64,000 nucleotides of DNA from Desulfatiglandales bacterium (GTDB lineage: Bacteria; Desulfobacterota; DSM-4660; Desulfatiglandales; Desulfatiglandaceae), in the NCBI GenBank assembly GCA_963662465.1, contig OY759599.1, positions 5,440,001 to 5,504,000 of the forward strand. The letters run 5' to 3'. Every line of letters starts with the position of its first letter. Within the stretch, counting starts at the first letter, position 1. This document shows, piece after piece, positions 36,411 through 46,836 of this stretch. The position numbers were made by a program, and so were the translations under genes. A model generated the notes under the pieces. That model was given only the letters and a program-made list of their open reading frames with translations. It was not told the origin of the DNA and did no database searches.

Positions 36411-37988
36411 TCAAGTTTTCTCATCCGTCGGCATTTTCAACGAGGGCGATCCCTGGTGGTCTTTGCCAAGATGGAAGTTGATCCACGAGGAGGTTCGGTC
36501 CAGTTCCCAATTGCGGGGCGGAATGAATCCCTGATAAATTTTATCGGGTCGGCCAATGGCGGTCCACCGCCTGTAAGCCCTGAACCACACACAATGACGG
36601 TCCGGATGCACTTCACAACGGCTTTCCCGGCTACCGCCGCAGGGACCGTTTCGGGTATGTTTGGGGCATTGGGATTCGGGACAGAAAAATGCCAGATGTT
36701 GAAGGCCGCAATCCCCACACTCCCGGCATGAGAAAAGCATCTTTTTGGAAATATCCTCCAGGGTTTTGGTGAAAAGATATCCAAAAGGGCGTTTTTCGAG
36801 TCTGCGGCAGAGATTCCGATATAGGGGGGCAAAGAGCGCATCATGGCTGAAAAAGGTGTGGTGAACCTCCCGATACACACCAAACAAAACCTTCTCCCCC
36901 GGGGATATTTTGCTCATGGCGGAATTCATTTCTTTTGCACAGAGGCCGGTTTCCGGATCTCGGGCATAAAGGTAAAATCCGTTTTTTTGGGGAAAATCAA
37001 ATTCCGGTACAAAGTCCCGCCATTGCTCCTCAATCTGGGCCATGCGATCCAGAATCTGCGCCAGCGTGTCAAATTTATGGTTGATGCCGCCGAAATGCAC
37101 ACCCTTGTATCCCAGGCCTTTGAGCACCACCGCCAGTCGCGCCGACCGCTCAACGGCCGCTGAATGGCCCCTTTTTTTATCCTGCCACTCCTCCTGAACC
37201 CTTTTTAGCAGTTCCGGGGTCACCACAACTCCCGGCACCCGCCCCTTTGCCATGATTTTTGCCGCCCCGGGCGTCAGAACATACACTGACCCCAGGGTTG
37301 GGATTTGGATGCCCCACTCTCGTTGGATACACAGCAATTCATGAAATTTACGAACATCATAACCCAGTTGTGTGATGATGAAACGGGCCGAAGCCGATAC
37401 CTTTTTCCGCATTTTGGCGTATTGGCAAAACCCTTCTCCCCGGGTCTGCTTGAAGGGGGAAACCGCGCATCCCACAAAAAAATTTTCCTGATCATCCGGG
37501 GCCAATGTGCCTTCACCCATCATTTTCAGCATGACGAGGAGACTGACCGCATCCAGATCAAACACCGGCGCGCCTTTTCCGGCGAACCCTTCCCCTGAGA
37601 AATCACCGGTCAGCGCCAGGATATTGCGAATCCCCATATGCCCCAGCTGAAGGGCGCGGCTCTCAAGTCCCACCCGGTTCTGATCCCGGCAGGTGAAGTG
37701 GACAATCACATCCAGCCCTTTTCTGATGATGTCCGTTCCCAGAACGTCAGGACTCAGGGACGGATGCCCGCCGGGATTATCCGTAATGCTCACCGCTGAA
37801 ATCCTGCCGTCCGAAAGGGCCGCCTCCGCAATGGCCATCACCATATCCACGGCGCGACCGCTGGACTGTTCTCCCGGAACCAGTTCCAGGGTCATCACAA
37901 AGGATTCCGGCTTTAAAATATCCTTTCGAAATGTCCGTTCAGGCCTTTTTATCATGGAACCTCCGGATTCGTTATTCGTCTTTTTCAT
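36411..37988 (-). CDS. metF: Methylenetetrahydrofolate reductase with fused C-terminal Cys-rich MetV-like domain
   Basis: 'SITDNPGG', 'HFTCRDQNR', 'LALTGD', 'FIITQLGYD'; 'CRECGDC...CPK..RNGPCGG...CEV....CVW'. Confidence 0.85.
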   Translation of the reverse strand: MKKTNNESGGSMIKRPERTFRKDILKPESFVMTLELVPGEQSSGRAVDMVMAIAEAALSDGRISAVSITDNPGGHPSLSPDVLGTDIIRKGLDVIVHFTCRDQNRVGLESRALQLGHMGIRNILALTGDFSGEGFAGKGAPVFDLDAVSLLVMLKMMGEGTLAPDDQENFFVGCAVSPFKQTRGEGFCQYAKMRKKVSASARFIITQLGYDVRKFHELLCIQREWGIQIPTLGSVYVLTPGAAKIMAKGRVPGVVVTPELLKRVQEEWQDKKRGHSAAVERSARLAVVLKGLGYKGVHFGGINHKFDTLAQILDRMAQIEEQWRDFVPEFDFPQKNGFYLYARDPETGLCAKEMNSAMSKISPGEKVLFGVYREVHHTFFSHDALFAPLYRNLCRRLEKRPFGYLFTKTLEDISKKMLFSCRECGDCGLQHLAFFCPESQCPKHTRNGPCGGSRESRCEVHPDRHCVWFRAYRRWTAIGRPDKIYQGFIPPRNWELDRTSSWINFHLGKDHQGSPSLKMPTDEKT

Positions 37989-38823
37989 TCGATGCCTGAA
38001 TCATCACCGGTCGACCGATGAGTTCCGAAAGGGGAAGGACCATCATGCTCCGGTCCTGGATGCCTTGCAGTATCCCGTCAATTTCCGTCAACCACCCCGA
38101 TAGGCTTCCCCGGCCTTTCGGCATCACATCATGAAGTACAATGATATCATCATTTCGCAACTGCTTCAACACCCGCCTTGAAAGCCCCTCGAGCCTTCTG
38201 TTTCCCACATCCATCCCGCGACAGCTGAAATTGATGTTGACCATCCCCAGATCCTGCAGCACTCCCCACAGCTTTGGATTGGTGATGCCCACGGGGGGCC
38301 GAAAGGCCAAAGTTCTGATGCCGAATCGGGCCAGGACCTCTTGGGCGGCGTTGATTTCCTGAAACAGACGCTTCCGGCTCTTGAGCATCAGAAGGTTGTC
38401 GTGGCTGTAGGAATGGTTTCCCAGCAAATGGCCATGACTTAAAATTTTTTGGATTAATTGTGGATGAGCGGCCGCTTTTTTCCCAACCACAAAAAAAGTC
38501 GCCTTGACCCCGTGCTTTTCAAGAAGGGCCAGCAGCGGTTTGGTTGAAAAAGGGTCCGGACCGTCGTCAAAGGTGATGGAGACACCCCTTTGACCCGAAT
38601 TTCCGCAGCTGATAATGGGGAGAAAAAAACCGAATCGCGGCAGAAAAGGTGCGACCATGCAGACCGCCACGAACAGAAGCAGCGGAATAATTGCCGGGAA
38701 CACATCAAAAAAGGCCAGGGTCAAAGCTAAAAAATAGCATGCAAATCCAAATACCTGCGCATGGGAAAGAGAATTGGGGGGCTTGGGATTGCCCTTTGAC
38801 ATCCGACATTCCTTTTTCGACAT
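37972..38823 (-). CDS. Membrane-anchored polysaccharide deacetylase (NodB/CE4)
   Basis: 'ITFDDGP', 'GNHSYSH', 'FRPPVG', 'IIVLHD'; start uncertain. Confidence 0.88.
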   Translation of the reverse strand: MSKKECRMSKGNPKPPNSLSHAQVFGFACYFLALTLAFFDVFPAIIPLLLFVAVCMVAPFLPRFGFFLPIISCGNSGQRGVSITFDDGPDPFSTKPLLALLEKHGVKATFFVVGKKAAAHPQLIQKILSHGHLLGNHSYSHDNLLMLKSRKRLFQEINAAQEVLARFGIRTLAFRPPVGITNPKLWGVLQDLGMVNINFSCRGMDVGNRRLEGLSRRVLKQLRNDDIIVLHDVMPKGRGSLSGWLTEIDGILQGIQDRSMMVLPLSELIGRPVMIQASNEKDE

Positions 38824-38848
38824 TCGATATTTTCTTAAAAGTTCAGCA

Positions 38849-41800
38849 TCAACATTTTTCAGCCATCATCCAAACGGAATCCCCGTTTGACCCGGAAAGT
38901 CTTTTGATGTTCACCTGAAAACCCTCGTTTTCGATCATTTCCACCATCTTGCCGGGGGATCTGTAATAGAGGGGCGTCTTTGAAAGCATGGATTTAAAAT
39001 CTTCCACTTTCCATAACCAGGACCGATGTCCGGTCTGAATCGCCGCCCGAATCAAAAGCAATCCGCCATGGGCAAGGTTCAGGTGCAACCCCTTGAGGGT
39101 ATGGGCCAACGCATCATCGGTTAAATAGTGGATCATGTCCAGCATCACGGCCACATCCGCCGGTTCCGGCATGGCCGGAACATGGGGCGCCGCATCCTGT
39201 TTTACCAGGCCTCTGTTTCCCAACGCCCTGGATGCCACCCGAACCCTTTCACCGTCAGGATCGATGCCGAAAATGCTTGCCTCCGGAAATCGTTCCAGAA
39301 GCCAGCAGGCGGGAACCCCGTATCCCGTACCGATATCCATCATAATTTTCAGGTCCGGGGTGGCGTCAAAAAACCGGGGAAGTTCTTTAAACATGGGGTC
39401 CAGCATCATTTTAAACCGTACAAAACATCTTGGATAGGCCTCCATGTTGCGATATCGGGTAAGAATGGCCCGACGGGGGGAAGAATGCGCTTTTTTGTTT
39501 TTTTTCGGATGGCGAAGCATGAATCCGATGAGCGGCGGCAAAATGACAAAGGCGCCCATCAGGGAATAGGCAATCCCCAGCAATGACGTCAATCCCGCAC
39601 TTTTCAGAAGGGCGTGGTCGGCAAAACATAACACCCCGAAACCGATGAGGGTGGAGGTTGATCCCATGAAAATGGTCATTTTAATCAACCCAAAAGAAGG
39701 GTGATCCTCATGTCCATACCGTTGGTAGGCTCTCACCATAAAAAGTGAATAGTCAATCCCCATGCCGATGACCACGATGGAAAGCATCAATCCGGGAATA
39801 TCCAGGGGATGGCCCATGAGATTCAGGGTCCCCAGGGTGCAGATTAGTGCAAACAAAACCGGTATCAGCGCAATCAGCACCCATCGCCAGTCCAGAAAGA
39901 AAAGAAAAAGCAAAACAACAACGCTTAAGCCGATGATCCATAACATGTTTAAAAAGGTTGAAAATAAAAGTCCTCCCAGTCTTTGGGCAAAAAAAGTCGG
40001 ATCAAATATTTTCCCCAAAGCCCCATATCGCTCGTAAAATGCCGGAGGGTCGTAGGCCTTGCCCGGTTTCAGGTTTGAGACCTGGACCCATTTGTCGGCT
40101 TCCGGTTTACGGGTAATGCTCAGCAAATCATAAAATTCCGGAGGAATTTCAGTGCCTTCGATGTGATAACCCTGATTGGCAAGGGTTCCCAAAAAAGGTG
40201 CGAAAGCCTCCCCGCTAAACCCCGTGCTTGCGGAAGCCCGCTTCAGATCTTCTTCTAATCGCGCCACCCGCTCCCCGTGCCAGAAAGACCGCCATGCCGA
40301 GAGATTTTCCCCTGCCTTTTTTTTCCCCGGAAAAACCATTGTCGGCATAAATCCGGAAATCAGCACGTCTGAGCGCAGGTCCTGATAAAGCATCGGCAAC
40401 AGGTTGTCCCCCTTTGCCTGAAGATCCGCAACACTCTGGCCTTCCGTCATCAGGAAAATGTTCTCGAAAATGCCTTTTCCCCAGACACGGGCGACCGTTT
40501 TTTCGGCGGCGAGAGTTTCTTCACTGACGGTATTCATGGCGTGGAGGCTCACGAGAAATTCGGGCCGGGCAAAAAAAGCCATGAAAACAGCCAAAACAAT
40601 TGCCCCCAAGGCCCCTTTCCAGGCGAAACCTGTCAGCTTTTCCACGCCTTTCCGGAGCGGTAACGACCTGGGTGAAGCCGGTGGCATAGCGGGAAAGATC
40701 AGCGGGAAAACCAAATGAACGAACAGAAATGAGAAGGCAACGCCCAGGGCCGTAAACCGGCCCAGCTGCTGAAAAATGGGAAAATCACAAAAGGTCAGCG
40801 CGCCGAAAGCCCCCATGGTGGTGAGTGCCGCCACCAGGCCCACGGACCATATTTCCCGGGCAGCCGCTTTTCCCCGGGTGGGCAGGGGACGGTCCAAAAA
40901 GAGCAGAAATGCGATGCCGTGGTCCACGGTTATGGCAATGATGGCCCCTCCGAAGCCGAGGGCCATGATGGAGATGGATCGGTCCAGAAGCGCCAGGACA
41001 AACAAGGCTCCCACGGAACCGGCCAACGCCGGCAGAAAAGCAAAAAGTCCTAACAGAGGTCTCGGAAAAGCAAAGACAAGCAACAAGGCAATGCCGATGC
41101 CGGCCATCAGAATCGCTCTTTGGCTGTCCTTTTTGGCAATGGTTTCATTGTCAAGCGCCGCCCTGTAGGCCCCCATGGGCGTCAGGACAACGGGATTTTT
41201 CGATTCGCCGAATTTGTCGACCAGTTCCCGGCTTGTGGCTGCAAAAAGCGCGGCCAGTTTTCGCGCCAATGCGGTATCCGTTCCTGAGCCCAGGGGCGTG
41301 GCAATCAAAAGGAGGTGTTTGCCGTCGGAAGAAATAAGTTGCCCGCCGTGAAATCGAATTTCCTTTGACGGCGCCAGCGTAGACAACCGGGCCAGAACCA
41401 TATTGGCCAGATCCAGAGGGTCTTTAGAAATGCTTGCCGAGCGTCCGATGCCGTCCAGATTCAGCAGACGATGGTAATGATCCCGCATCTTCATGTCGAT
41501 CTTTTCAAAGGTTAGCAACGGCGCCACGTTTTCCCGCAACTCTTTTTCATCAAACAGGGTCGGCAGGTGATTTAACACATGGTTCATGAGGTCCGGCATC
41601 ACCGCTGCAAAATCTTTTACGCCCACCTGTTTGAACATGTCGCTTTGCACCAGCTTTTGTTCTACAAAGCGACCCGCCGCCAATAGACGCACCATGTCCT
41701 TCTCTTGAAGGCCCACATCGATAATCAGGCGGTCCTGGATGGAATGATGTTTGAAAACGTCCCCGGCATCGGAGATCACCGGATCATTTTGCGGCAGATA

Positions 41801-41911
41801 TTTGGAGACGTCCGTGTCGATTTCCATGCGAAAAAAGGCCGCTGTGAATAGCAGCGCCATCACGACCAACACAGTTATAAAAACGGGAAAATTGATTTTA
41901 ATGGATTTCAT
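38849..41911 (-). CDS. MMPL/RND-family exporter fused to C-terminal SAM-dependent methyltransferase
   Basis: Two TM bundles with 'AITVDHGI' and 'GMGIDYSLF'; C-terminal 'MDIGTGYG', 'GIDPD', 'MLDMIHYL'. Confidence 0.85.
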   Translation of the reverse strand: MKSIKINFPVFITVLVVMALLFTAAFFRMEIDTDVSKYLPQNDPVISDAGDVFKHHSIQDRLIIDVGLQEKDMVRLLAAGRFVEQKLVQSDMFKQVGVKDFAAVMPDLMNHVLNHLPTLFDEKELRENVAPLLTFEKIDMKMRDHYHRLLNLDGIGRSASISKDPLDLANMVLARLSTLAPSKEIRFHGGQLISSDGKHLLLIATPLGSGTDTALARKLAALFAATSRELVDKFGESKNPVVLTPMGAYRAALDNETIAKKDSQRAILMAGIGIALLLVFAFPRPLLGLFAFLPALAGSVGALFVLALLDRSISIMALGFGGAIIAITVDHGIAFLLFLDRPLPTRGKAAAREIWSVGLVAALTTMGAFGALTFCDFPIFQQLGRFTALGVAFSFLFVHLVFPLIFPAMPPASPRSLPLRKGVEKLTGFAWKGALGAIVLAVFMAFFARPEFLVSLHAMNTVSEETLAAEKTVARVWGKGIFENIFLMTEGQSVADLQAKGDNLLPMLYQDLRSDVLISGFMPTMVFPGKKKAGENLSAWRSFWHGERVARLEEDLKRASASTGFSGEAFAPFLGTLANQGYHIEGTEIPPEFYDLLSITRKPEADKWVQVSNLKPGKAYDPPAFYERYGALGKIFDPTFFAQRLGGLLFSTFLNMLWIIGLSVVVLLFLFFLDWRWVLIALIPVLFALICTLGTLNLMGHPLDIPGLMLSIVVIGMGIDYSLFMVRAYQRYGHEDHPSFGLIKMTIFMGSTSTLIGFGVLCFADHALLKSAGLTSLLGIAYSLMGAFVILPPLIGFMLRHPKKNKKAHSSPRRAILTRYRNMEAYPRCFVRFKMMLDPMFKELPRFFDATPDLKIMMDIGTGYGVPACWLLERFPEASIFGIDPDGERVRVASRALGNRGLVKQDAAPHVPAMPEPADVAVMLDMIHYLTDDALAHTLKGLHLNLAHGGLLLIRAAIQTGHRSWLWKVEDFKSMLSKTPLYYRSPGKMVEMIENEGFQVNIKRLSGSNGDSVWMMAEKC

Positions 41912-41980
41912 TATGCTTGTTTGTATTCCGCTTTAGGGTTATAAAATCATTTTGTTTGAAATCACCCATCGGCGAAATGA

Positions 41981-42340
41981 ATGAATCGCATGACCCAAAA
42001 AATTCTGAAAAAGGCAGCCGCCACGAAATTTGTGCAAAGGGCCATGGCGGATAAGTCCGATTTAAGCGCTTTCAGGGAAAGACCAACCCCTCGCGCCATC
42101 ATGGGCCTTTCCGCCATCGGCATCAGTTACATTATCGGCTGGCCCGCGGTGGCCCTGCTGGGCGCCGTTTCCGTTTATCTCAACAAGCCCATGGTCGCGC
42201 TGATCGGGGGGCCGGCAACCTATGGCCTGTCCCATCTGGTGTTCATCCTGGGAATGTATCTGGCGGGGGCCGAGTACTCAAAGGTCTTTTTACGGTGGGC
42301 CACGAGAGCGATCATGGAAAAGCTGATGGGAGAATCGTAA
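41981..42340 (+). CDS. Hypothetical small membrane protein
   Basis: 119-aa ORF with two hydrophobic segments filling the gap between opposite-strand genes. Confidence 0.65.
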   Translation: MNRMTQKILKKAAATKFVQRAMADKSDLSAFRERPTPRAIMGLSAIGISYIIGWPAVALLGAVSVYLNKPMVALIGGPATYGLSHLVFILGMYLAGAEYSKVFLRWATRAIMEKLMGES

Positions 42341-42357
42341 CCGTTATCGGTTTTCGC

Positions 42358-43734
42358 TCAGGAGAAAATCTTGCCCGGATTCAGGATTCCCTTTGGATCA
42401 AACGCTTTTTTGATTCGCGCCATGAGCTGAATGCCCGCTGCCGGAATTTCCATTTCCAGGTATGGCGCCTTGGTGATGCCGATGCCGTGTTCGCCCGTAA
42501 TGGTTCCGCCCATGTGGATGACCTTTTTAAAAAGCGCTTTAACAATGGCGTGGCCGCTTTTCAGCTGAATGGGGTCTTCCTTGTCGAGCATGATATTCAC
42601 ATGGATATTGCCGTCCCCGGCATGGCCGAAGGCCGGAATGGGCAGGCCATATTGCTGGGACATGGTTTCCAGAAAAGAGACGAGTTCCGCCAGGCTGCTT
42701 CGCGGCACCACAATATCCTCGTTGATTTTATGCGGTCTCAACTTGTGAAGTGAGGGCGATACATTCCTTCGTGCCTCCCAAAGTAATTCAGCGCTTTCAT
42801 GATCCTTAGCAACGCTGACGGCCATTGCCCCGCACTGCCGACAAAGATCCTCGACGATTCGGGCCTGATGCGTCACCAGTGACGGGTCCCCATCCACTTC
42901 GATTAGAAGCATGGCGCCGGAACCCTCGGGCAAGTCAAGGTGCATTTCTTCCCTGACGCAATCGATGCACAACCGATCCATGAACTCCAGAATGGTGGGA
43001 ACAATTTTGTTTCGGGTCAATTCGGAGACCGTTTCAACGGCCAGGGACACATCCGAAAAAAAAGCGGTCATGGTGTGTTTTGATTGGGGTTTCGGCACCA
43101 GGCGAAGGGTCATGGCGGTAATGACCGCCAGGGTTCCCTCGGATCCGGTAATGAGCCGGACCAGATCGTAACCGGCAACCCCCTTCCGCGTCTCCACGCC
43201 TGTGTTGAGAATTTCTCCGGTGGGCAATACGATGGTGAGCCCCAGCACATAATCTCGGGTGACGCCGTATTTGACGGCTCGAAGTCCGCCGGCGCATTCC
43301 GCCACATTTCCCCCAAGGGTTGAGACCTTCAAACTGGCCGGATCAGGGGGATAAAAAAGGTCCAATGCCTCAACGGCTTCCTGGAGATGGGCCGTTATGA
43401 CGCCGGGTTCGGCTTTTGCGATCAAATTGTCCCGGTCAATGGAAAGGATTCGGTTCAGGCGGTTCATGGCCAGCACGACGCCCCCTTGAACCGGAACGGC
43501 GCCCCCGCTCATCCCCGTGCCCGCCCCCCTCGGAACAACGGGAAATCCGTTTTCCGTTGCCAGCTGAAGGATTCGGGAAATCTGCTCCCTGTTTTCGGGA
43601 AATACCACGGCATCGGGCATATGGGAGATTTTGGTGGCATCGGCTGAAAATTCCGTCATGTCCTTTTCGGCCGTCAACAGATACGCGCCACCAACAACAC
43701 CGGATATTTCCTTGAGAATCGTTTTAGAAATCAT
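42358..43734 (-). CDS. glcD: FAD-linked oxidase (GlcD/D-lactate dehydrogenase family)
   Basis: 'PRGAGTGMSGG', 'YPPDPAS', 'GGNVAECAGG', 'GHAGDGNIH', 'GEHGIG', 'NPGK'; ATGA overlap with recR. Confidence 0.88.
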   Translation of the reverse strand: MISKTILKEISGVVGGAYLLTAEKDMTEFSADATKISHMPDAVVFPENREQISRILQLATENGFPVVPRGAGTGMSGGAVPVQGGVVLAMNRLNRILSIDRDNLIAKAEPGVITAHLQEAVEALDLFYPPDPASLKVSTLGGNVAECAGGLRAVKYGVTRDYVLGLTIVLPTGEILNTGVETRKGVAGYDLVRLITGSEGTLAVITAMTLRLVPKPQSKHTMTAFFSDVSLAVETVSELTRNKIVPTILEFMDRLCIDCVREEMHLDLPEGSGAMLLIEVDGDPSLVTHQARIVEDLCRQCGAMAVSVAKDHESAELLWEARRNVSPSLHKLRPHKINEDIVVPRSSLAELVSFLETMSQQYGLPIPAFGHAGDGNIHVNIMLDKEDPIQLKSGHAIVKALFKKVIHMGGTITGEHGIGITKAPYLEMEIPAAGIQLMARIKKAFDPKGILNPGKIFS

Positions 43735-44342
43735 CGGGGAATTAAAACACGACTTTTGAGGGCATGCTGGAGGGTCATGCTGTCCATGAATTTGAGATCC
43801 CCCCCCATGGGCACTCCCAGCGCAATCCTTGAAACCTTGATGCCGGGATTTTTTTCCCACAATAACCCGGAAATGAAAGAGGCCGTGGTTTCACCGCCTA
43901 CGGTCGGATTGGTTGCCAGAATAACCTCTTCAATTCTCTCCTTCTCCAACCGTGTCAGAAGCCTGTCGATTTTAAGGTCTTCAGGGCCGATGCCGTCCAG
44001 GGGGGAGAGTACGCCATGCAAAACATGGTATTTACCACTGTAAACGCCGGATTCTTCCAGGGCCATCTGGTCTCCGGGGGTTTCAATCACACAGAGGGTC
44101 CCGTTGGCGCGCTGTGCGTTTTGGCAAATAGCACAGGGATCTTCATCGGTCAAGTTGAAACACACCGAACAAAACCGAATCTTTTCTTTGACTTCCATTA
44201 AGCTCCGGGCCAGGCCTTCCGCCAGATTCCGGTTGCTTCGCAAAACGAAAAGCGCCATGCGGGTGGCGGATTTCTGCCCGATACCGGGAAGTTTGGAAAA
44301 TTGATCAATCAGTTTGACTAAAGGTTCAGGATAAATGCCCAT
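43731..44342 (-). CDS. recR: Recombination protein RecR
   Basis: 'LPGIGQKSA', C4 zinc finger, 'YHVLHGVLSP', 'EVILATNPTVGGETT'. Confidence 0.97.
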   Translation of the reverse strand: MGIYPEPLVKLIDQFSKLPGIGQKSATRMALFVLRSNRNLAEGLARSLMEVKEKIRFCSVCFNLTDEDPCAICQNAQRANGTLCVIETPGDQMALEESGVYSGKYHVLHGVLSPLDGIGPEDLKIDRLLTRLEKERIEEVILATNPTVGGETTASFISGLLWEKNPGIKVSRIALGVPMGGDLKFMDSMTLQHALKSRVLIPR

Positions 44343-44381
44343 CGTTCATCTCACTTTTCACTCTTCACTCGTCACTCGAAA

Positions 44382-44711
44382 TCACATCAGACCCGGCATT
44401 CCCGGAATATTCATCCCCTTGGTTAGTTTTCCCATTTCGTCGTTCATCATGTCCTTGGCCCGGGTCAGGGCATCATTGGCCGCCGCTAAAACCAGATCTT
44501 GCAGCATTTCAATATCTTCCGGATCCACCACCTCACGGTCAATTTTAATGGAGATGAGTTCCTGTTTCCCATTGGCCACCACTGAAACCATCCCGCCTCC
44601 GGCGGAAGCCTCCATGGTTTTATCACCCAGTTCTTCCTGGAGTTTGGCCATTTTGGACTGAAATTTCTGGGCCTGTTTCATCAACTGACCCATGTTCGGC
44701 ATGCCTTTCAT
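44382..44711 (-). CDS. ybaB: Nucleoid-associated protein YbaB/EbfC
   Basis: 'ASAGGGMV', '[14 protein letters not shown]'; synteny dnaX-ybaB-recR. Confidence 0.95.
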   Translation of the reverse strand: MKGMPNMGQLMKQAQKFQSKMAKLQEELGDKTMEASAGGGMVSVVANGKQELISIKIDREVVDPEDIEMLQDLVLAAANDALTRAKDMMNDEMGKLTKGMNIPGMPGLM

Positions 44712-44736
44712 CTTAATTCCTCCTCAATGCAGTTAT

Positions 44737-46431
44737 TTATTTCCCTATCAATTCGCCTTCAAATAAATCCAGAACCTTTTGCGCCACATCTCGAACGTCC
44801 GGTGGAAGGCCTGATGATTCGGTTGGCCTGATGTTTTTGCGCATGTTTTCGGTATTGTCCTTTTCGAGGTTTGTTTTCCCCGGTTTGGCCCTGATTTTTA
44901 CCTGTATGTCCTTTTGGAAAAACTCCCGGCAATACCCCAGCAGTTGATCGTGTTTTTCCGGGTCGTCAAAATAGTCGGCTGAAAATTTTTGACTGCCATT
45001 CTCTATTTCCAACAGATCTTCAGTGAGCTCCAGAGGTTTCCAGTCTTTTAGGATGGTGTAGACTACCTTGCTTTTATCAAAAACAAACTGTAGGAAATTA
45101 TCCCAGGTTTTTTCCCGAGGGGCGGGTTCGACCGAAGGTTTTTTTAAAACAGGTTGGCCGGCTTTTTCAACCCTACTTTCGCCAATGTTTGTTTCGGGAA
45201 TACCCTTTTCCTTGGCATCCGGGGCCCAGCTGGTGGGAGGATCTGACAGAATTTTTCCGTTTCCATCACTTTGCCCGGGTGAAATGCCGACCATCCTTTT
45301 TTCGAGAATGGCCATTCTCTTCATAATATCGCCGAACGAAAGGTAGTCGCCCAGACTGCACAACTTGATCATGGTGGTTTCCAGGACCAGACGGGGGTAG
45401 GATGTAAATCGAAGATCCTCTTCTCTGGCGATGAGGAAATTCAATACGACCTGCAGCTTTTCCTCCCCTGCCATTTCAGCCTGCCGTCTGATTTCTTCCC
45501 CGTCGCTTTCCGTCATGTCGATCAGGCTCTCTCCGGGGGCGATCAAGCTAACCAGGAGGTTTCTGAATTGCCCCATGAGCGTGCGATAGAATTCCTTGAT
45601 ATCGTATCCCTGATGGTAAACCTTTTCAACCACCGTCAGACACCTTGACGCGGCGCCTTCAATAATGGCCGACGACGATTCGAAAATAAGGTCGCGATCG
45701 ATGATGCCTAAAATTTCCGGAACCTGACTGTCTGAAACCGTTTGCCCGGCAAAGGCGATCACCTGGTCCAGAAGACTTTCCGCGTCCCGCATGCTCCCTT
45801 CGGCTTCTCTGGCAATCATGGAGAGCGCCGTGGTTCCGATGTCGATGTCCTCATGCCTGCAAATTTTTTGCAGATAGGCAACGATTTTGGGCAGCGGTAT
45901 CCGTTTGAAATCAAATCGCTGGCAACGGGACAGGATTGTTATGGGAACCTTGTGGGATTCGGTGGTGGCAAAGATAAACTTCACGTGGGCTGGCGGTTCT
46001 TCCAGGGTTTTCAGGAGCGCATTAAAGGCCGGAAGGGTCAACATGTGGACTTCATCAATTACATAAATGCGGTATTGACTGGCGGAAGGCAGGTATTTGG
46101 CGTTTTCTCGAAGTTCCCGAATTTCATCGATGCCCCGGTTGGAAGCGCCATCGATTTCCTGTACGTCAACGGAATTTCCATTGGTTATTTCACGACATGA
46201 CCGGCACTGATTGCAGGGAATTCCCGGTTTCCCCGTTGTGCAGTTGATGGCCTTGGCAAAAATTCTGGCCACGGAAGTCTTGCCCACGCCCCGGGGACCG
46301 CCAAAGATATAGGCGTGCGCCAGCCTGCCGGTTCCGATGGCATTGACCAAGGTTCGGGTTATGTGCTCCTGGCCGATGACATCCTCAAAAACCTGGGGAC
46401 GCCATTTCCTGGCAAGAACTTCGTAAGACAT
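44737..46431 (-). CDS. dnaX: DNA polymerase III subunit gamma/tau
   Basis: 'LARKWRPQ', 'GPRGVGKT', 'IDEVHML', 'LLKTLEEPP', 'SRCQ'. Confidence 0.97.
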   Translation of the reverse strand: MSYEVLARKWRPQVFEDVIGQEHITRTLVNAIGTGRLAHAYIFGGPRGVGKTSVARIFAKAINCTTGKPGIPCNQCRSCREITNGNSVDVQEIDGASNRGIDEIRELRENAKYLPSASQYRIYVIDEVHMLTLPAFNALLKTLEEPPAHVKFIFATTESHKVPITILSRCQRFDFKRIPLPKIVAYLQKICRHEDIDIGTTALSMIAREAEGSMRDAESLLDQVIAFAGQTVSDSQVPEILGIIDRDLIFESSSAIIEGAASRCLTVVEKVYHQGYDIKEFYRTLMGQFRNLLVSLIAPGESLIDMTESDGEEIRRQAEMAGEEKLQVVLNFLIAREEDLRFTSYPRLVLETTMIKLCSLGDYLSFGDIMKRMAILEKRMVGISPGQSDGNGKILSDPPTSWAPDAKEKGIPETNIGESRVEKAGQPVLKKPSVEPAPREKTWDNFLQFVFDKSKVVYTILKDWKPLELTEDLLEIENGSQKFSADYFDDPEKHDQLLGYCREFFQKDIQVKIRAKPGKTNLEKDNTENMRKNIRPTESSGLPPDVRDVAQKVLDLFEGELIGK

Positions 46432-46571
46432 CTTTATAACTCATGAAGAACTGAAAAAAACGCCTGGGAAAGTAAACTCCGGATGGGGCCGGCCCTTCAA
46501 GAAATCCTGAGGATACCGTAATTTGGTGATGACAAAAAAGCTCAAAACTGCAATTTTCCGCTCCAGGTGTA

Positions 46572-46664
<93 letters not shown>

Positions 46665-46740
46665 GTTTTATTTTCTTGTAATTACGCTTACAAACCGATC
46701 TACCCGCCAAGGAAACAGCGCAAAGCCGCCGTTCTGAACC

Positions 46741-46836
46741 TGGCGGAGAGGGTGGGATTCGAACCCACGTGCCCCGCTATTAACGGGACAAGTCGATTTC
46801 GAGTCGACCCCGTTACGGCCACTTCGGTACCTCTCC
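46741..46836 (-). tRNA. tRNA-Ser(CGA)
   Basis: GGAGAGG...GTCGA-CTCGAAA-TCGAC, long variable arm, GGTTCGAATCC, CCA end. Confidence 0.95.
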
